DNA from: a virus
Taxonomy: Duplodnaviria; Heunggongvirae; Uroviricota; Caudoviricetes
Strand: one strand, 5' to 3'
IMG/VR virus record: IMGVR_UViG_3300001199_000003
Location: 1 to 58,536 of that record
DNA: 58,536 nt
Part shown: positions 8,498 to 17,030 of the stretch, in pieces
How the letters are laid out: each line of letters opens with the position of its first letter
Position numbering within the stretch: the first letter of the stretch is position 1
Notes under the pieces: model-generated
The model's input: only the letters and a program-made list of their open reading frames with translations
Told to the model about the DNA's origin: nothing
Database searches by the model: none
Translations under genes and position numbers: made by a program

Positions 8498-8710
8498 ATG
8501 ATCACTTATCTAATTGAGAACGAAAGCAGTCAAGTAGTGGGCTATTCGTTCACTCTTAAAGAAGCTAAAGACTATCTAATCAAAGGTGAGGGCCACGTCA
8601 TTACTCAATTGGTTGGCCCATATAAGTATGAAGGTTTTCATCATTACTATATGAAACTAATCAAAGGTAAGTTTGTTAAAAGTAAAACAATTCACTATTT
8701 TAGCAAGTGA
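8498..8710 (+). CDS. hypothetical early protein
   Basis: AGGAG RBS, 70-aa ORF. Confidence 0.75.
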   Translation: MITYLIENESSQVVGYSFTLKEAKDYLIKGEGHVITQLVGPYKYEGFHHYYMKLIKGKFVKSKTIHYFSK

Positions 8711-8723
8711 ATAGGAGTTAGTC

Positions 8724-9020
8724 ATGCGTAAGTTCTTTTTATTGAGACATGAAGACGTGCATAATAATTCTGGCACGGGTGTTGTGGCGCAGGGTGTTCA
8801 GTTTGACAACGGCATGGCGTCAATGACGTGGCTTACCGATGAACCAACCGTGACGAACTTTAACCGTGGTATTCGTGGGATCAAACGCTTACATGGCCAC
8901 GACGGTAAGACCGAAATAATTATAGAGGGCGATAAAAAGACTGCTCAAAAATATGAAATGTGCTTAGACGTGGTTAGATCCAAAAAGTCTAAAGATAAAC
9001 ATAGGAGTGAAAATGATTAA
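8724..9020 (+). CDS. conserved phage hypothetical protein
   Basis: F.L.R.ED....SGTG.VA.GV.F..G....W...HGH.G.T pattern recognised from many phages. Confidence 0.8.
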   Translation: MRKFFLLRHEDVHNNSGTGVVAQGVQFDNGMASMTWLTDEPTVTNFNRGIRGIKRLHGHDGKTEIIIEGDKKTAQKYEMCLDVVRSKKSKDKHRSEND

Positions 9021-9213
9021 GATTTTAACTAAAAAAGAATTGATGGATAGACTTGAGGCGGCTGAAAAAATCATTGAGATTGTAGCTATGTATGGCAGGA
9101 TCAATCACGATAGACCTAAAGACTATCGTGAGCTTTGTCAGGATTATATAAACGAATTCATGCCAAACTCTCAAGAAGCTAGGCCAAAGGGTTACGTCAA
9201 TGAGCAAGACTAA
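9007..9213 (+). CDS. hypothetical protein
   Basis: AGGAG RBS, overlapping chain of ORFs. Confidence 0.7.
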   Translation: MKMIKILTKKELMDRLEAAEKIIEIVAMYGRINHDRPKDYRELCQDYINEFMPNSQEARPKGYVNEQD

Positions 9214-9400
9214 AGAAGAATTTGCATTAAGTAGACTGATAGATCTTATTGACATTGTGATAGCGCGTGAGTCAATACCTGAAAATAGTGATAGCTATGC
9301 GGATCTTGGTTGGGTCAAGTTCTATGCCAAAGACCTGGCAACTAAGTGTGGCGATTGCGGAGAGGCCCCCCGTGTGCTAAAATCTGATAAGGATAGTTGA
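9200..9400 (+). CDS. hypothetical protein
   Basis: Overlapping chain of ORFs. Confidence 0.65.
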   Translation: MSKTKEEFALSRLIDLIDIVIARESIPENSDSYADLGWVKFYAKDLATKCGDCGEAPRVLKSDKDS

Positions 9401-9433
9401 TTTTATAAAAGTATTTTTTAAGGAGAACATTAT

Positions 9434-9796
9434 ATGAGAATTGCATTCGATGTATTGGGAACACTCAAAGGATATAAAGGGCCAGCTTTAGCTGATGCTT
9501 TTAAGAAGCTGCAAGCTTTAGGTCATGAGTGTGTCGTGTGGTCTAGTGAATATTCTTACACTACAGAAATTAAGAAGCACTACGGTTTTGAATGTGAGAC
9601 TATGAGTAAGAAATCTAAAGGTGATTATGATTATGAAGAGAAACACTATTTCGACGTTGCAGTCGAGGACGATAGAGGTCAGACCTATCTAGGCGCTAGG
9701 CAGTTCGCATTCGTTGACGAATTGCGTTCTAATCCTGATCTAATGGTTGAGTTCATTCTAAAAAAGGGCAATGAACCAGGAGTTTCAGATGAATGA
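9434..9796 (+). CDS. HAD-like fold protein (degenerate DxDGT)
   Basis: MRIAFDVLGTL ... VVWSS ... VAVEDD. Confidence 0.6.
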   Translation: MRIAFDVLGTLKGYKGPALADAFKKLQALGHECVVWSSEYSYTTEIKKHYGFECETMSKKSKGDYDYEEKHYFDVAVEDDRGQTYLGARQFAFVDELRSNPDLMVEFILKKGNEPGVSDE

Positions 9797-10001
9797 TCAA
9801 ATTTTTACACCAGTTATCGTAGATGGCACAATGTTTGCAATTAAAATACATGATTTTGGTCCTTACGTTAAGATGAACGTGTTTCAAGAGGGTAAGCTGA
9901 TTGGATCTAAAAAGTTTCCTATCGCTACTGACATGGGTGAGGGCGTAGTCACTTATGCTATCAGAAGCTTACTAAAGGCCAAAGATGGCGAAGTTCACTA
10001 A
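9789..10001 (+). CDS. hypothetical protein
   Basis: AGGAG RBS before MNDQIF. Confidence 0.7.
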   Translation: MNDQIFTPVIVDGTMFAIKIHDFGPYVKMNVFQEGKLIGSKKFPIATDMGEGVVTYAIRSLLKAKDGEVH

Positions 10002-10170
10002 GCTAGAATTAGTGTGCGAAAATTGCGGAACGCAGCTTATGAACCTGGAAATTCATAAGAGCATGTTGTACTGCAATTGGTGTACCACTAATCAGAAGCG
10101 AAAGGAAAGACTTAAGCGTGAAGACGCAGAATGGGAACGCGCAGTTTCTCCTAAAAAAGAAACTGATTAA
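9985..10170 (+). CDS. small zinc-ribbon protein
   Basis: CENC...CNWC. Confidence 0.65.
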   Translation: MAKFTKLELVCENCGTQLMNLEIHKSMLYCNWCTTNQKRKERLKREDAEWERAVSPKKETD

Positions 10171-10195
10171 TTATTTTATCGAATATGTTTTTAGG

Positions 10196-10224
10196 TTGAC
10201 TAATTTAATACAGTATTATATTAT
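10196..10224 (+). promoter_or_regulatory. sigma70-type promoter
   Basis: TTGACT-17-TATTAT. Confidence 0.8.
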
Positions 10225-10254
10225 AAATATAAGACTAACAACAAAGGGATCAAA

Positions 10255-10938
10255 ATGAAATTTATTATGCTATCGCTACTCGTATTGTCAGTATCGTGTG
10301 GCCCACGTAGGCCAGGCAAGATTGGAGCTGAAGGCGCTAAAGGTGACACTGGAAACAACGGTCAAGATGGTTATTCATTAGTTGTAGATGTAGTGTCTCA
10401 ATCGGTTGGCGGAGTTAACTGTAATAGAACCGATATCTTCCAAGACAAAGACAGAAACAATTTTTATTCATCTGGTGACACTTATCAGAACGGCTTTTTA
10501 ACTTGTGACGGTGCCGTAGGTGCTCAAGGTATTCAAGGCATTGCAGGGGTTGATGGCCAAGATGGTGAGGACGGATTGAATGGCGCTAACGGTCTTTCGT
10601 CTTATGAAATTGCACTAGCTCACGGTTTTGTTGGCAATGAAGCTGCTTATTTAGCCTCACTTCATGGCACTAATGGAACTAATGGCGCACAAGGCCCTCA
10701 AGGATTGCCAGGAATTAATGCCGATACAACTTATCAGATTCTTTCAATCATTGACCCATGTGGCCCACAACACGCTCAAGGTTATGATGAGGTGATTCTT
10801 AAGCTAGGGAACGGTCAATATCTTGCAAGCTTTTCCGATAATGCTAATGGTCAAAATACTAGATTCGGCATTCTTCCTAACGGTAACTACACTACAACCG
10901 ATGGAACTGGATGTCATTTTTCACTTCCTATACTTTAA
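10255..10938 (+). CDS. collagen-like (Gly-X-Y) lipoprotein
   Basis: Lipobox SVSC; three G-X-Y stretches; Cys-containing C-terminal domain. Confidence 0.85.
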   Translation: MKFIMLSLLVLSVSCGPRRPGKIGAEGAKGDTGNNGQDGYSLVVDVVSQSVGGVNCNRTDIFQDKDRNNFYSSGDTYQNGFLTCDGAVGAQGIQGIAGVDGQDGEDGLNGANGLSSYEIALAHGFVGNEAAYLASLHGTNGTNGAQGPQGLPGINADTTYQILSIIDPCGPQHAQGYDEVILKLGNGQYLASFSDNANGQNTRFGILPNGNYTTTDGTGCHFSLPIL

Positions 10939-10953
10939 TTATAAGGAGTCAGC

Positions 10954-11157
10954 ATGAAAGCAGTTAAGGTAACTCTAACTCTAGAGTTTGAAACAGAAGA
11001 TGTAGACGATGAAACTCTTAAAGAAGCTATCGCTGAGGCTTTCGAGGAGAAAGCTGAAAACGATGAACTTCTAGATAAGAAGACCAAAATTAAGATAACT
11101 GATCTTGAAGAAGACGAAGACGAAGAACCGGAACTTGAAGACGAAGACGAAGAATAA
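10954..11157 (+). CDS. extremely acidic small protein (possible DNA mimic)
   Basis: 30 D/E, 8 K and no R in 67 aa (counted). Confidence 0.8.
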   Translation: MKAVKVTLTLEFETEDVDDETLKEAIAEAFEEKAENDELLDKKTKIKITDLEEDEDEEPELEDEDEE

Positions 11158-11171
11158 TTGAAGGAGATTAC

Positions 11172-11411
11172 ATGAAAGCTATAATGGCAGCACTAGCATC
11201 TATCCCTATCATTGGCGGTCTACTGATTATATGCCTGGCTATCTTCTCGATTGTATGCGGATTCTATGGCCTCTATTTGGCTTTTAGCGCGTCAATCCTG
11301 TTAGGTATCCTAGTGTTTGTTCTTGAACCGTCACCTTTCATCATTGGATTCGTGATGATTTGTTTCGAGAAGAACCTGGCACAAGTGGTATTGGATTTTT
11401 TAACTAAGTAA
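11172..11411 (+). CDS. membrane protein
   Basis: Almost wholly hydrophobic, AAGGAG RBS. Confidence 0.75.
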   Translation: MKAIMAALASIPIIGGLLIICLAIFSIVCGFYGLYLAFSASILLGILVFVLEPSPFIIGFVMICFEKNLAQVVLDFLTK

Positions 11412-11436
11412 ACGAAAAGTGTTTTTGAGGTAGACT

Positions 11437-11907
11437 ATGTCAAAGAATATAACGCACCAGTTTTTTATTGATGAAGCAAAGACAATTGCTAATGATTCTA
11501 AAGATCCATCTACTAAAGTTGGGTGCGTAATTGTAGATTTAGATAACGAACCAGTATCTAGTGGGTACAATGGAAACATACCTGGATGCGATGAGACCTT
11601 TGTACCCATTATTAGGCCAAATAAGTATCTGACTATTGGTCATGCGGAACAGCACGCTGTCATTAAAGCTAGACGCAGTCTAAAAGATTGCAGGGCTTAC
11701 GTTACAGATGCACCATGTGAGATGTGCCTTAAGCTCCTGTTAATGGCAGGATGTAGAGAGGTTTGGTATGGAGATCCTCAGATCATGCGTGATCGCAGTA
11801 CGCAAGAACAGAAAGATGCTATCAAAGCTCTGATCCAAGCTACTAACGCTCAAGTAAACAACGTGAGCGGGGTATCTTACTTAAAAGAATTAGGGTTTGA
11901 ATCTTAA
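11437..11907 (+). CDS. dCMP deaminase (cytidine/deoxycytidylate deaminase family)
   Basis: SKDPSTKVGCVIV, GYNG, HAEQHA, PCEMC zinc motifs. Confidence 0.92.
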   Translation: MSKNITHQFFIDEAKTIANDSKDPSTKVGCVIVDLDNEPVSSGYNGNIPGCDETFVPIIRPNKYLTIGHAEQHAVIKARRSLKDCRAYVTDAPCEMCLKLLLMAGCREVWYGDPQIMRDRSTQEQKDAIKALIQATNAQVNNVSGVSYLKELGFES

Positions 11908-11931
11908 AAAGTGTTTTTGAAGGAGAACTAT

Positions 11932-12450
11932 ATGGATCTTAAAGCTGCTAACTTCCCTCAGGTATCTGCTGATCCTCACGCAAGGAATGATGCGCCATAT
12001 AAGACGGCCAAAGGTAGAGACGGCAAGCTATGGTTCTATCGTGATTGCAAATTTGCTGCTTCGGCTATCTATAAAGATGGTGGCTCAGGTAGTAAGGGTA
12101 TGGGCGGTAGGACATGTCGGTTCGATCTTGAAGATGGCACACACTATGACTCTATTGGTCCTTGGATGGGCGGTGCCGAACAATTATACGAAGAAACTGG
12201 TGTCGATTTAAGAGACAGATACGCTGTGCGTCTAATTATGTGCCGCAAGACTGAGTATCCTAAGAATGGTTATTACACTCGTCCCGATATGTTGGATGTG
12301 GTTCACTTCGAGGAAGAATTTGTTGAAGGGCCATTTAAACGTGGAGATATCTTAGCTCAGCAGATTGCTAACAAGCTAGGCGAGAAACTTTACTATTTCA
12401 TTGAGACCGCTGGCGGATCACACGCTGGTTGGATCTCACCTAAGGAGTAA
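11932..12450 (+). CDS. hypothetical protein
   Basis: AAGGAG RBS before MDLKAA. Confidence 0.8.
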   Translation: MDLKAANFPQVSADPHARNDAPYKTAKGRDGKLWFYRDCKFAASAIYKDGGSGSKGMGGRTCRFDLEDGTHYDSIGPWMGGAEQLYEETGVDLRDRYAVRLIMCRKTEYPKNGYYTRPDMLDVVHFEEEFVEGPFKRGDILAQQIANKLGEKLYYFIETAGGSHAGWISPKE

Positions 12451-12452
12451 TT

Positions 12453-12674
12453 ATGTTAAAGCTATTTTCTATCAACACAGATATTGATACAGAATTCTCA
12501 GTAGTTGGCATTGCTAACCTTGAGACCAAAGAAGTGGAGTTTCAGGGCCATCTCAATGGAGTTCCATTCGTTAAGGGTGAGGACTATGAAGAGGTTAGAG
12601 AAACTGTAATGCAACGAATTGAAGGAGATAACGTCCACCATCTTCATGGGGTGGGGAGTGGTCTGATAAATTAA
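12453..12674 (+). CDS. hypothetical protein
   Basis: AAGGAG RBS. Confidence 0.75.
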   Translation: MLKLFSINTDIDTEFSVVGIANLETKEVEFQGHLNGVPFVKGEDYEEVRETVMQRIEGDNVHHLHGVGSGLIN

Positions 12675-12719
12675 ATAATCGAGATATTTCTCAAAAGTGT
12701 TTTTTAAGGAGAACATTAT

Positions 12720-12980
12720 ATGGATACATCAAATGAACTAAAGGTTGTTAAGAAGAGTGGCAGCTTTGAATTGATCCAGGTATCGTTAGGTAACTTCTGC
12801 GTGCGTAAGACTTATAAGAGTCTATTTGGCTTTGGACCAATCAAGAAGACATTCCTTTGTCTTGACCGTGTAGGTCTTGAGTTCACATTCGATAGCCTAT
12901 TAAGCGGTGTCACTGTTAGCACCTTTGACAGATGTGAGTATGTATTCAACTGCAACGTACTTAAAGAGGGCGGTGTCTAA
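12720..12980 (+). CDS. hypothetical protein
   Basis: AAGGAG RBS within the repeated motif. Confidence 0.75.
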   Translation: MDTSNELKVVKKSGSFELIQVSLGNFCVRKTYKSLFGFGPIKKTFLCLDRVGLEFTFDSLLSGVTVSTFDRCEYVFNCNVLKEGGV

Positions 12981-13228
12981 TGAAGCCTTCAGCTACAATT
13001 ACAGTACTAGATGTGATTGATCGCTTCAAGGCTTACCACGAACTTCCCAGGAATGGAGCATGGGGTAGCTTACATATTGTTTTGGATGATCAAAATCTTA
13101 AAGATCATTTTGTGGAGTTCTGCATTAAGTATGCAGAAGAAAGGGGAGACACTGAAGGAGCAGAACTTGGAAGAATTCTGCTTAAGATGAGTGAGACTCA
13201 GCGTAGTAAAATTTCGAGGTTAGCATGA
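12980..13228 (+). CDS. hypothetical protein
   Basis: TAATG coupling; GSLHIVLDDQN motif. Confidence 0.75.
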   Translation: MKPSATITVLDVIDRFKAYHELPRNGAWGSLHIVLDDQNLKDHFVEFCIKYAEERGDTEGAELGRILLKMSETQRSKISRLA

Positions 13229-13602
13229 TACAGTTTAAAAGAATGTGGCGCTCATTCTATAAAAACATTATTATTAAGCGTAAGTTCAGATCCTATTGGA
13301 CTTCCTTTGTGGATAAGGAATATCGTGATCAGATCAGACACATCTATCAGATCACTAAACATTGCACCGCATCTAAGATGATGAACATTCCCACTCACAT
13401 GTTAGTTCATGGCCATAAAGTTATCTATCGTGGGTACGCTAACGATCTTGTATTCAATGATTGTGCTGACCTTGAACCAATTAAGGTCGTGGAGTACCAG
13501 GGCCAATACGTTGTGGTTGATGGTAATCACAGGCTACCAGCTATCATGTCTAGATATAAGCGTGGAAAAATGCAATGGACTAAGTGTGAGCTTATTTATT
13601 AG
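13225..13602 (+). CDS. ParB/Srx N-terminal-like domain protein
   Basis: PIKVV....YVVVDGNHR motif. Confidence 0.7.
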   Translation: MIQFKRMWRSFYKNIIIKRKFRSYWTSFVDKEYRDQIRHIYQITKHCTASKMMNIPTHMLVHGHKVIYRGYANDLVFNDCADLEPIKVVEYQGQYVVVDGNHRLPAIMSRYKRGKMQWTKCELIY

Positions 13603-13631
13603 TTGACAATTATTATCAACCGTTATATTAT
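13603..13631 (+). promoter_or_regulatory. sigma70-type promoter
   Basis: TTGACA-17-TATTAT. Confidence 0.8.
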
Positions 13632-13651
13632 ATTAATACAACGGAGGACAC

Positions 13652-13849
13652 ATGAGTAAACGCGTACCGATCTACATGAGCGTTCAAGAAATGTGGGACG
13701 CTAAAGAAGCTTTAGAGACTGCTCTATTGACTAAAGGTGTCCTTAATATGTCGGACGAAGAGGTCCGTAGAAGAGATAGATTCTTAGATATAATCCGTGA
13801 AGAAATTGATCGTAATACAGAACCGACAGGGAGCAATGATGAGCAATGA
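13652..13849 (+). CDS. hypothetical protein
   Basis: GGAGG RBS. Confidence 0.75.
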   Translation: MSKRVPIYMSVQEMWDAKEALETALLTKGVLNMSDEEVRRRDRFLDIIREEIDRNTEPTGSNDEQ

Positions 13850-14141
13850 ATCAACTGTTCAATTTGATTTTGGATTAGTGATCAAGGTCCATATTGATAC
13901 TCCTATGCTCATTTGGGCTATTAATTACCAAAAGACCATACATGGAGTTCCTTACCATAAGCTATCTAAAACGCGTTTGATCTCTTTCTTAAAAGATCAG
14001 ATAGGCATGTTTGGAACTAATGGAGATTCATTGTTTGGATCTACTTATGATCCAGACGAGATATCAGCTGAAGATTTCGCCAAGATAGAAAAGGCGATGG
14101 AAAGGATCTTCGATAGATCAAATCACAAAGGATTACTATGA
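13836..14141 (+). CDS. hypothetical protein
   Basis: GGGAG RBS before MMSNE. Confidence 0.7.
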   Translation: MMSNESTVQFDFGLVIKVHIDTPMLIWAINYQKTIHGVPYHKLSKTRLISFLKDQIGMFGTNGDSLFGSTYDPDEISAEDFAKIEKAMERIFDRSNHKGLL

Positions 14142-14500
14142 GTAAAATAATGAAGTTCGCAGATGGAGCCAAAGAAGTTGAGGTGGGTATGCAAGTTGTT
14201 TACTCGAATGGTCAAAGCGGTCGTCACCATCATATGCTTAATGAATCAACCGTAGAGAAAATTGGTAACAAGCTGGTTACACTAAAAGATGGTAGTAAAT
14301 TCTATCTTGAAGATGGTACGAAGCAAACAGAATATACTTCTGGAAGACTTTACTCTTCAAAGGAAGAATACGATCTATCTGTTAAACGAGCTGAATTAAT
14401 TCACACCGTAGAAAGAAGAGTAAAAGACTATAGCTTCCACATGACATACGATCAAGCGATTAAGATAGCAAAAATAATTGGGTTAGAAATCAAAGAATGA
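14138..14500 (+). CDS. hypothetical protein
   Basis: ATGA overlap with neighbours. Confidence 0.75.
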   Translation: MSKIMKFADGAKEVEVGMQVVYSNGQSGRHHHMLNESTVEKIGNKLVTLKDGSKFYLEDGTKQTEYTSGRLYSSKEEYDLSVKRAELIHTVERRVKDYSFHMTYDQAIKIAKIIGLEIKE

Positions 14501-14679
14501 AACGGAAGAATAAGATTATCAAGAATATCTGGTGCTGCAGGAATGAAGAGAGATTCATCGCTGTGAGTCGCATCAATGGCAATGCTTGGTATATCATATT
14601 CTTTGGCTATGAGTTTTGGATAGGCCCAGGTAAACCTGGCTTCGTTGGAACAGATAGAACTAAAAACAGGAGAGAATAA
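14497..14679 (+). CDS. hypothetical protein
   Basis: ATGA overlap, 60 aa. Confidence 0.6.
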   Translation: MKRKNKIIKNIWCCRNEERFIAVSRINGNAWYIIFFGYEFWIGPGKPGFVGTDRTKNRRE

Positions 14680-14680
14680 T

Positions 14681-14926
14681 ATGGCTAAACATGTGCATGG
14701 CGATACAATTGAATACACCTCAGATTACGTAGAGGGAGATATCGTTAAATATGAAGCGGATAATAAGCTGGATATGAAATCAATTGAATACTCTAAAATC
14801 ATAAAAGTAAAAGCTAGACTTCACAATGACAAGACTTTAATGTTGTCCTACGTAATGGAAAACGGCAAACACGTAGAGCTTAGCGCAATTAAGGAAATGA
14901 TTAAGAAAAATTACAGTAAGTCTTAG
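14681..14926 (+). CDS. hypothetical protein
   Basis: AGGAG RBS before MAKHVH. Confidence 0.7.
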   Translation: MAKHVHGDTIEYTSDYVEGDIVKYEADNKLDMKSIEYSKIIKVKARLHNDKTLMLSYVMENGKHVELSAIKEMIKKNYSKS

Positions 14927-15390
14927 CCTTCAGAATCCTGCTTCGATAAGTAGTCAAGATTAATAGAGCCCCCCGTAGGTTTCTTTTCCTCGGGGGCCTC
15001 AGTTTTCCCAAAAGTGTTTTTTCGCTTACCCTGATATACGGGCTTACCAGCCGCGATACGCTTCGCCTCTTCTTCCTCGGCTCGCCTATCAAACTCTGCC
15101 TGCTCGCCCGCCTTAGCACGTTCGTATTCAGGGTCATTAATAGTCTGGAGCGTATCCATGATATGCTCCAGCTTCTGATAGTCCTCAACGTCCATATCCT
15201 CAGATTGAGCTTCAAACACGTTAAGGATCACATGCTCAGGGTCCATCTCAAGAACTTGGACCAAAGGAGTGTGGAATTTCTCAGAATATTGACGACAAAG
15301 CGCACGCCAAACAGATGCCTCAGTTGGGGCCATCTTGTTAGCTATAGCTTCAGCTTGACAAAAATCTAGAAGTTCTTTAAATTCAATCAT
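14923..15390 (-). CDS. putative tail-assembly-chaperone-associated protein
   Basis: Acidic helical 155-aa ORF downstream of a chaperone-like gene; role inferred from context only. Confidence 0.45.
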   Translation of the reverse strand: MIEFKELLDFCQAEAIANKMAPTEASVWRALCRQYSEKFHTPLVQVLEMDPEHVILNVFEAQSEDMDVEDYQKLEHIMDTLQTINDPEYERAKAGEQAEFDRRAEEEEAKRIAAGKPVYQGKRKNTFGKTEAPEEKKPTGGSINLDYLSKQDSEG

Positions 15391-15560
15391 AGTTTTTATA
15401 AAAGGAACGAGCGACCAAGTTTTACGTCAATGCCTGTCCTGAGGCAAGTACGGTTTTCTCGTTCTATTCCAGACGATAGCAGCTTCTGGACCTTACGGAC
15501 TCAACCCTATCATGACCGTGTTACCCTGCTAGGCAGCGCACGTAGAATCAAGGGATAATG
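15391..15560 (-). ncRNA. candidate structured intergenic RNA
   Basis: GC-richer 170-nt gap with several complementary segments and a CC-GTAA-GG tetraloop on the - strand. Confidence 0.45.
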
Positions 15561-15561
15561 T

Positions 15562-16080
15562 TTAATTTTCGTCTTCTTCTTTTTCATCTTCCTCTTCTGG
15601 CTCATCGTCATCACCTTTCATGGCTTGATCGACTGAAGAGATACCACGATTCAATGCGTCTTGTTTCTTCTTCTTAAGCTGAGACTTATACTTCATCTCA
15701 GATCCTAAGGCAGCATCAAGAACAGCTGCAATAACATTCTCATCGGCAATGTCACCAGCCATAGTGGCAGGACTAGATGAGGCCCAAAATGGTGGAGAGG
15801 TAATGATGCGATACTTCAATTGAGTAAGAGCATAAGCCAAGAACGATTCATGCTCTGAAGCATATAGAGGTTGATTACCTAATAGTTCACGACGCTCACG
15901 ATCAGCTGCAATTTGCTGCAATGGGCTAAGATAACACTTAAATCTGAAAGCACCTACGTAAGTACCATGAATGTCACCATCCATACGCATTTCCCAAGTA
16001 GCAGTATTACCCTCAATGATAATGTCTGACCTTTCTAGGTTCTTTTTATCTAATGCTTTTTGTTCTTGTTCACTTAACAT
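15562..16080 (-). CDS. putative tail assembly chaperone
   Basis: G.Y.G.F.FK..L......A.R..RELLG...LAYAL..L...I...P.FW pattern resembles myovirus tail chaperones; acidic tail. Confidence 0.55.
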   Translation of the reverse strand: MLSEQEQKALDKKNLERSDIIIEGNTATWEMRMDGDIHGTYVGAFRFKCYLSPLQQIAADRERRELLGNQPLYASEHESFLAYALTQLKYRIITSPPFWASSSPATMAGDIADENVIAAVLDAALGSEMKYKSQLKKKKQDALNRGISSVDQAMKGDDDEPEEEDEKEEDEN

Positions 16081-16344
16081 AAGTACCTCATGACCAAATA
16101 TATCATATCTTCAAACCTTTCTCGGCCAAAGGAATGACGCAGTGTGGTCATCTCTATAATGAATGGTAGAGAAAGGAAGTGCAGAGAAGGGGCGTTTCAC
16201 AAACGCTATATCATATCTTTTTTTGATAATTGAAACTTTCATACTTGACCAATTTAATACGAACGCGCAAGCGCTTGAAACGAAAGGATAAAACGATAAT
16301 AAAAAAATAATTGCAAAATAGTTGAAAATAATTGATAATTTGTT

Positions 16345-16758
16345 ATGGGATATAATTTGAAAGTTATAAGACAGAACGCATCTTTAGCTAATACCAGCGA
16401 AAGAATATGTACTAAATGTGAAATACTTAAACCTTTGTCTGAGTATTCTTATCGAACAAACAAAACTACTAGATTCTCTCATTGCAAGAGTTGCGTTAGA
16501 ATTAATCAAATCACTAAGAAAATGGGAATATCTCCAGAGTTCTATCTTCAAATGGTTAAAGATCACGGAGGGAAGTGTTCTATCTGTAATGTTTACGAAT
16601 CTACATTGGCTAAAGGTTTAGCTGTAGATCACGACCATGAAACAGGAAAGATACGAGGTCTTTTGTGTTCGCAGTGCAATACTGGATTGGGGATGTTCAA
16701 AGATAGCTTGACATTCTTGACAAATGCTATAGACTATCTAAAGAGAACAAAGGAGTAA
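16345..16758 (+). CDS. endonuclease VII-family HNH endonuclease (free-standing, homing-type)
   Basis: N-terminal CxxC..CxxC; CSIC...LAVDHDHETGKIRGLLCSQCNTGLG. Confidence 0.9.
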   Translation: MGYNLKVIRQNASLANTSERICTKCEILKPLSEYSYRTNKTTRFSHCKSCVRINQITKKMGISPEFYLQMVKDHGGKCSICNVYESTLAKGLAVDHDHETGKIRGLLCSQCNTGLGMFKDSLTFLTNAIDYLKRTKE

Positions 16759-16760
16759 TT

Positions 16761-17030
16761 ATGAATACAGATATGTCAGGATACAAACTTCTTAAAGACG
16801 ATCAAGGTCACTATAAGCTGGTATCTAATAAAGGTACATTCAAAGGTAACGCTAGCCAAGTGACTACTTATGCCGTGCTTGAACATGGCTTCTCTAAAGA
16901 AGAGATCGACCTTAGTATGTCGGTGATGGCTGAACGATCTCATAATGCAGCAGAATTTGGTATCTTTAAATCATTTATGTGGTCTTACGATCAAGGAGTA
17001 ACGAATGAAAATTATTCTACTTTGCATTAG
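16761..17030 (+). CDS. hypothetical protein
   Basis: AAGGAG RBS. Confidence 0.75.
   Translation: MNTDMSGYKLLKDDQGHYKLVSNKGTFKGNASQVTTYAVLEHGFSKEEIDLSMSVMAERSHNAAEFGIFKSFMWSYDQGVTNENYSTLH

Larger units (their letters stand above)
8315..12719 (+). promoter_or_regulatory. recurrent pre-RBS motif AAAAGT(G/A)TTTTT(T/G)AAGGAG (5 intergenic copies)
   Basis: Copies at 8315, 9407, 11415, 11907 and 12693, each fused to a Shine-Dalgarno. Confidence 0.75.

Noticed and set aside
6251-10229. T4-type late promoters TATAAATA (3788, 6251, 10222)
   Set aside because: All in AT-rich early intergenic DNA and none before structural genes
15010-15022. Sixth AAAAGTGTTTTTT copy
   Set aside because: Lies inside a - strand CDS with no SD after it; probably chance
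15562-15600. Programmed -1 frameshift joining the two tail-chaperone-like ORFs
   Set aside because: No X XXY YYZ heptamer near the stop (GAAAAAG has only five A) and a 170-nt gap separates the ORFs
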